64,000 nucleotides of DNA, taken from the NCBI GenBank assembly GCA_976551045.1, contig CDPCPM010000033.1:2170001-2234000 (forward strand), in the 5' to 3' direction. Position numbers and translations under genes: made by a program. The first letter of the stretch is position 1. Every line of letters begins with the position of its first letter. The notes under the pieces were generated by a model that saw only the letters and a list, made by a program, of their open reading frames with translations, had not been told where the DNA came from and searched no databases. Shown in pieces: positions 62,039 to 64,000 of this stretch. Origin of the DNA: Glaucostegus cemiculus. Lineage: Eukaryota.

Positions 62039-64000
62039 AGCCCTGATGTACACAGATGCCTGAATGCTTGGAGCTCCTGGATTCATTAGGGATATAGTAA
62101 GAGGGACAATTCAAAGCACTATCATGGTGAGGTGGTAGTGGAGAAATAAATGAATGGGGAAAGTGATAGAAATATCAGCTGACTGGTTGAAAACTGGAAG
62201 ACAGTAAGATCCTTAAACAATGAAGGCTGAACATTAACTCACTTCAGTCTATAGGCACTGACTCTTACTGACCCTGACAGTAAACTGCCACATGCCAACA
62301 ATTCACCCACTGACTTATTCATTGTTTCATCACCTGATGAAACAGATCCTACCCTTGATTATATAATCTTATTTGAGTCATTCATATTCTTTCCATCCTT
62401 CCAGCAACAACAACATCTGTACTGCTTTACACAGATACACAATATGGACACACATCACACAACACAAATGCAATCACACAACACAAATACATATGCACAC
62501 AACCAAAGTATTCTTCAACTTTATCAATCACTGCTAAATTCAGAAACAATTTTATTTCTGTGCCACTCAATTAAATATTTAACACTAGTACTGGCTCGTG
62601 TTGTCTCCTCTTTCAGATTGGCTGCCCCTCTCTCTCTTTCTCTCTCTCTACACTTTGTTAGCAGGAAATAGGTTCTCAGCTGAAGAGCATAGTTGACCTG
62701 CTCGAGTTCTTGCTGTTCCTTCCGGTTACAGCACAATAAAAGTTTTGTGTTTTGAATTGTCCTTGACATTCTTTTATCCCACAATGGTGGACACAGTGTG
62801 CTGGAAAACATGACATCATTATCACTGACAGATGCTCAAATAAATCACCTGCGAATCTGCTTCTTTTGCTTCTTCAACCCTTGGTGTCCAGAACCAAGTG
62901 CTCTTTGAAATTTCTTCCATGAATGATAGATAATAGCACATTATGATTGTTTTAGAGTGTATTGGGTTTACTGCTTTCTCATATTTGTTAAAGAAAAAGA
63001 ATGATTGAGTGTTGTGTGGTGAGAGAACTCATACATGTACTGAGTAGTGTTTTAACAAACAGGCTTTCTGATATCTGCCATCCATGGCTGCTGTATTATT
63101 TACTGCAGCACATTGATCATTTTGCACTCGAGGACAACGATGTGCATAAAAAGGAAGAGTCTGTTTCTGTCCGTCTTTCTTTCAAACCTGGCCTCAGGGG
63201 ACTAACCAAAGGGATACTGCCTCTTTTTTTACGCAGCTTGAATGTTCTGTTTTGAGTCTAGTTTGTTTACAAGGCCACGATTGTAGTGGTTTTCACTTTA
63301 GGTGCCACACAGTCTATGCAACTGCAACAACAGAACTGAGTTCAAGAAAGAGATCTGTAAACATTTTTCCTATTTATGAATGTTGGGGAAGCAAGCAGAT
63401 AGCACAAAACTGAAGAAAATCTCTCACCCTTTACCTAGAAAAGGCACTAAGATGGTTAGAGAAGTGGAAATCTCCAGCATTGCCATTATTATGCAAAAAT
63501 ACAGTGTCACTTTTTTCCTCAGCTGGTTAAAGAACGCGCAGATGAAAAACTTATGATGCACATGACTCACAGGAGTCACATGAGATGAGCAATAGTACAG
63601 TACAATAGTTATATTTCTAATAGTCTCTTCCCAGAAATATCTTAAATTCAGTGTATCTTTGTGAATTAAGATTGGTGACTAAGATTGTTTATTGAAGCTG
63701 ACTGCACTTTTTGTGTATGCTTATTTCTCTCTTTTCTTTTAACTCTTGAGACTTTTCAATCCCCATTTTCTTCCATGAGTACCTCTGTTTTTCATTGCTA
63801 GCTGTAACATTGAAGGTAAATAAATACTGGTCTGGCCCAGAGTGATTGGATTCATTGAAAAGACCAGAACAAAGTTGCTGGAGACAAGAGTTTAGGACAA
63901 TCTGTGTTTACCTTAAAGGAATCCCTCACTTTACTAGGTCTTACTTGCCGTGCCTGGCAGTATGCAGGTTACAACACCACAATAAGAGCTCATAAATACT

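Larger units (their letters stand above)
52056..64000 (+). other. ZEB2: ZEB2 intron downstream of the exon (equivalent to human intron 3), partial
   Basis: Starts GTAAGT. I did not recognise the next short exon (human [24 protein letters not shown]-like) in the window, although a diverged copy could have been missed. Confidence 0.7.

Noticed and set aside
1-64000. Prokaryote-type systems (operons, CRISPR arrays, defence islands)
   Set aside because: The sequence is a vertebrate intron; there are no regularly spaced repeat-spacer arrays and no dense coding regions

Overview
Eukaryotic, AT-rich, repeat-rich vertebrate genomic DNA, most likely from an elasmobranch (shark, ray or sawfish), judged from HE1-type SINEs, CR1/HER1-like, Rex1/Babar and Deu-domain SINE remnants. 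Only one host coding exon is supported: a 258-bp phase-1/phase-1 exon at 51798-52055 (+), which matches the second coding exon (human exon 3) of ZEB2 (Sip1/ZFHX1B). Everything else reads as the very long upstream intron (>51 kb in view) and the start of the next intron (about 12 kb in view). Nearly all other listed ORFs are spurious or retrotransposon fragments. The intronic DNA holds many truncated LINEs and SINEs, some nested, plus microsatellites and three short N runs. The most notable observations are: (i) decayed Penelope-type minimal hammerhead-ribozyme cassettes arranged as inverted pairs; (ii) two sense-strand hairpins 33 kb apart that share a GATGACGTC...GAT(C)GTCAT core; (iii) a ~170-bp imperfect palindrome; (iv) clusters of ZEB-type CACCT(G) sites and CpG-retaining candidate conserved enhancers; (v) odd-sized N runs that may hide ultraconserved elements. 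No clearly novel multi-gene system is evident. Repeat family names come from recalled consensus sequences, not from database searches, and repeat boundaries are approximate.
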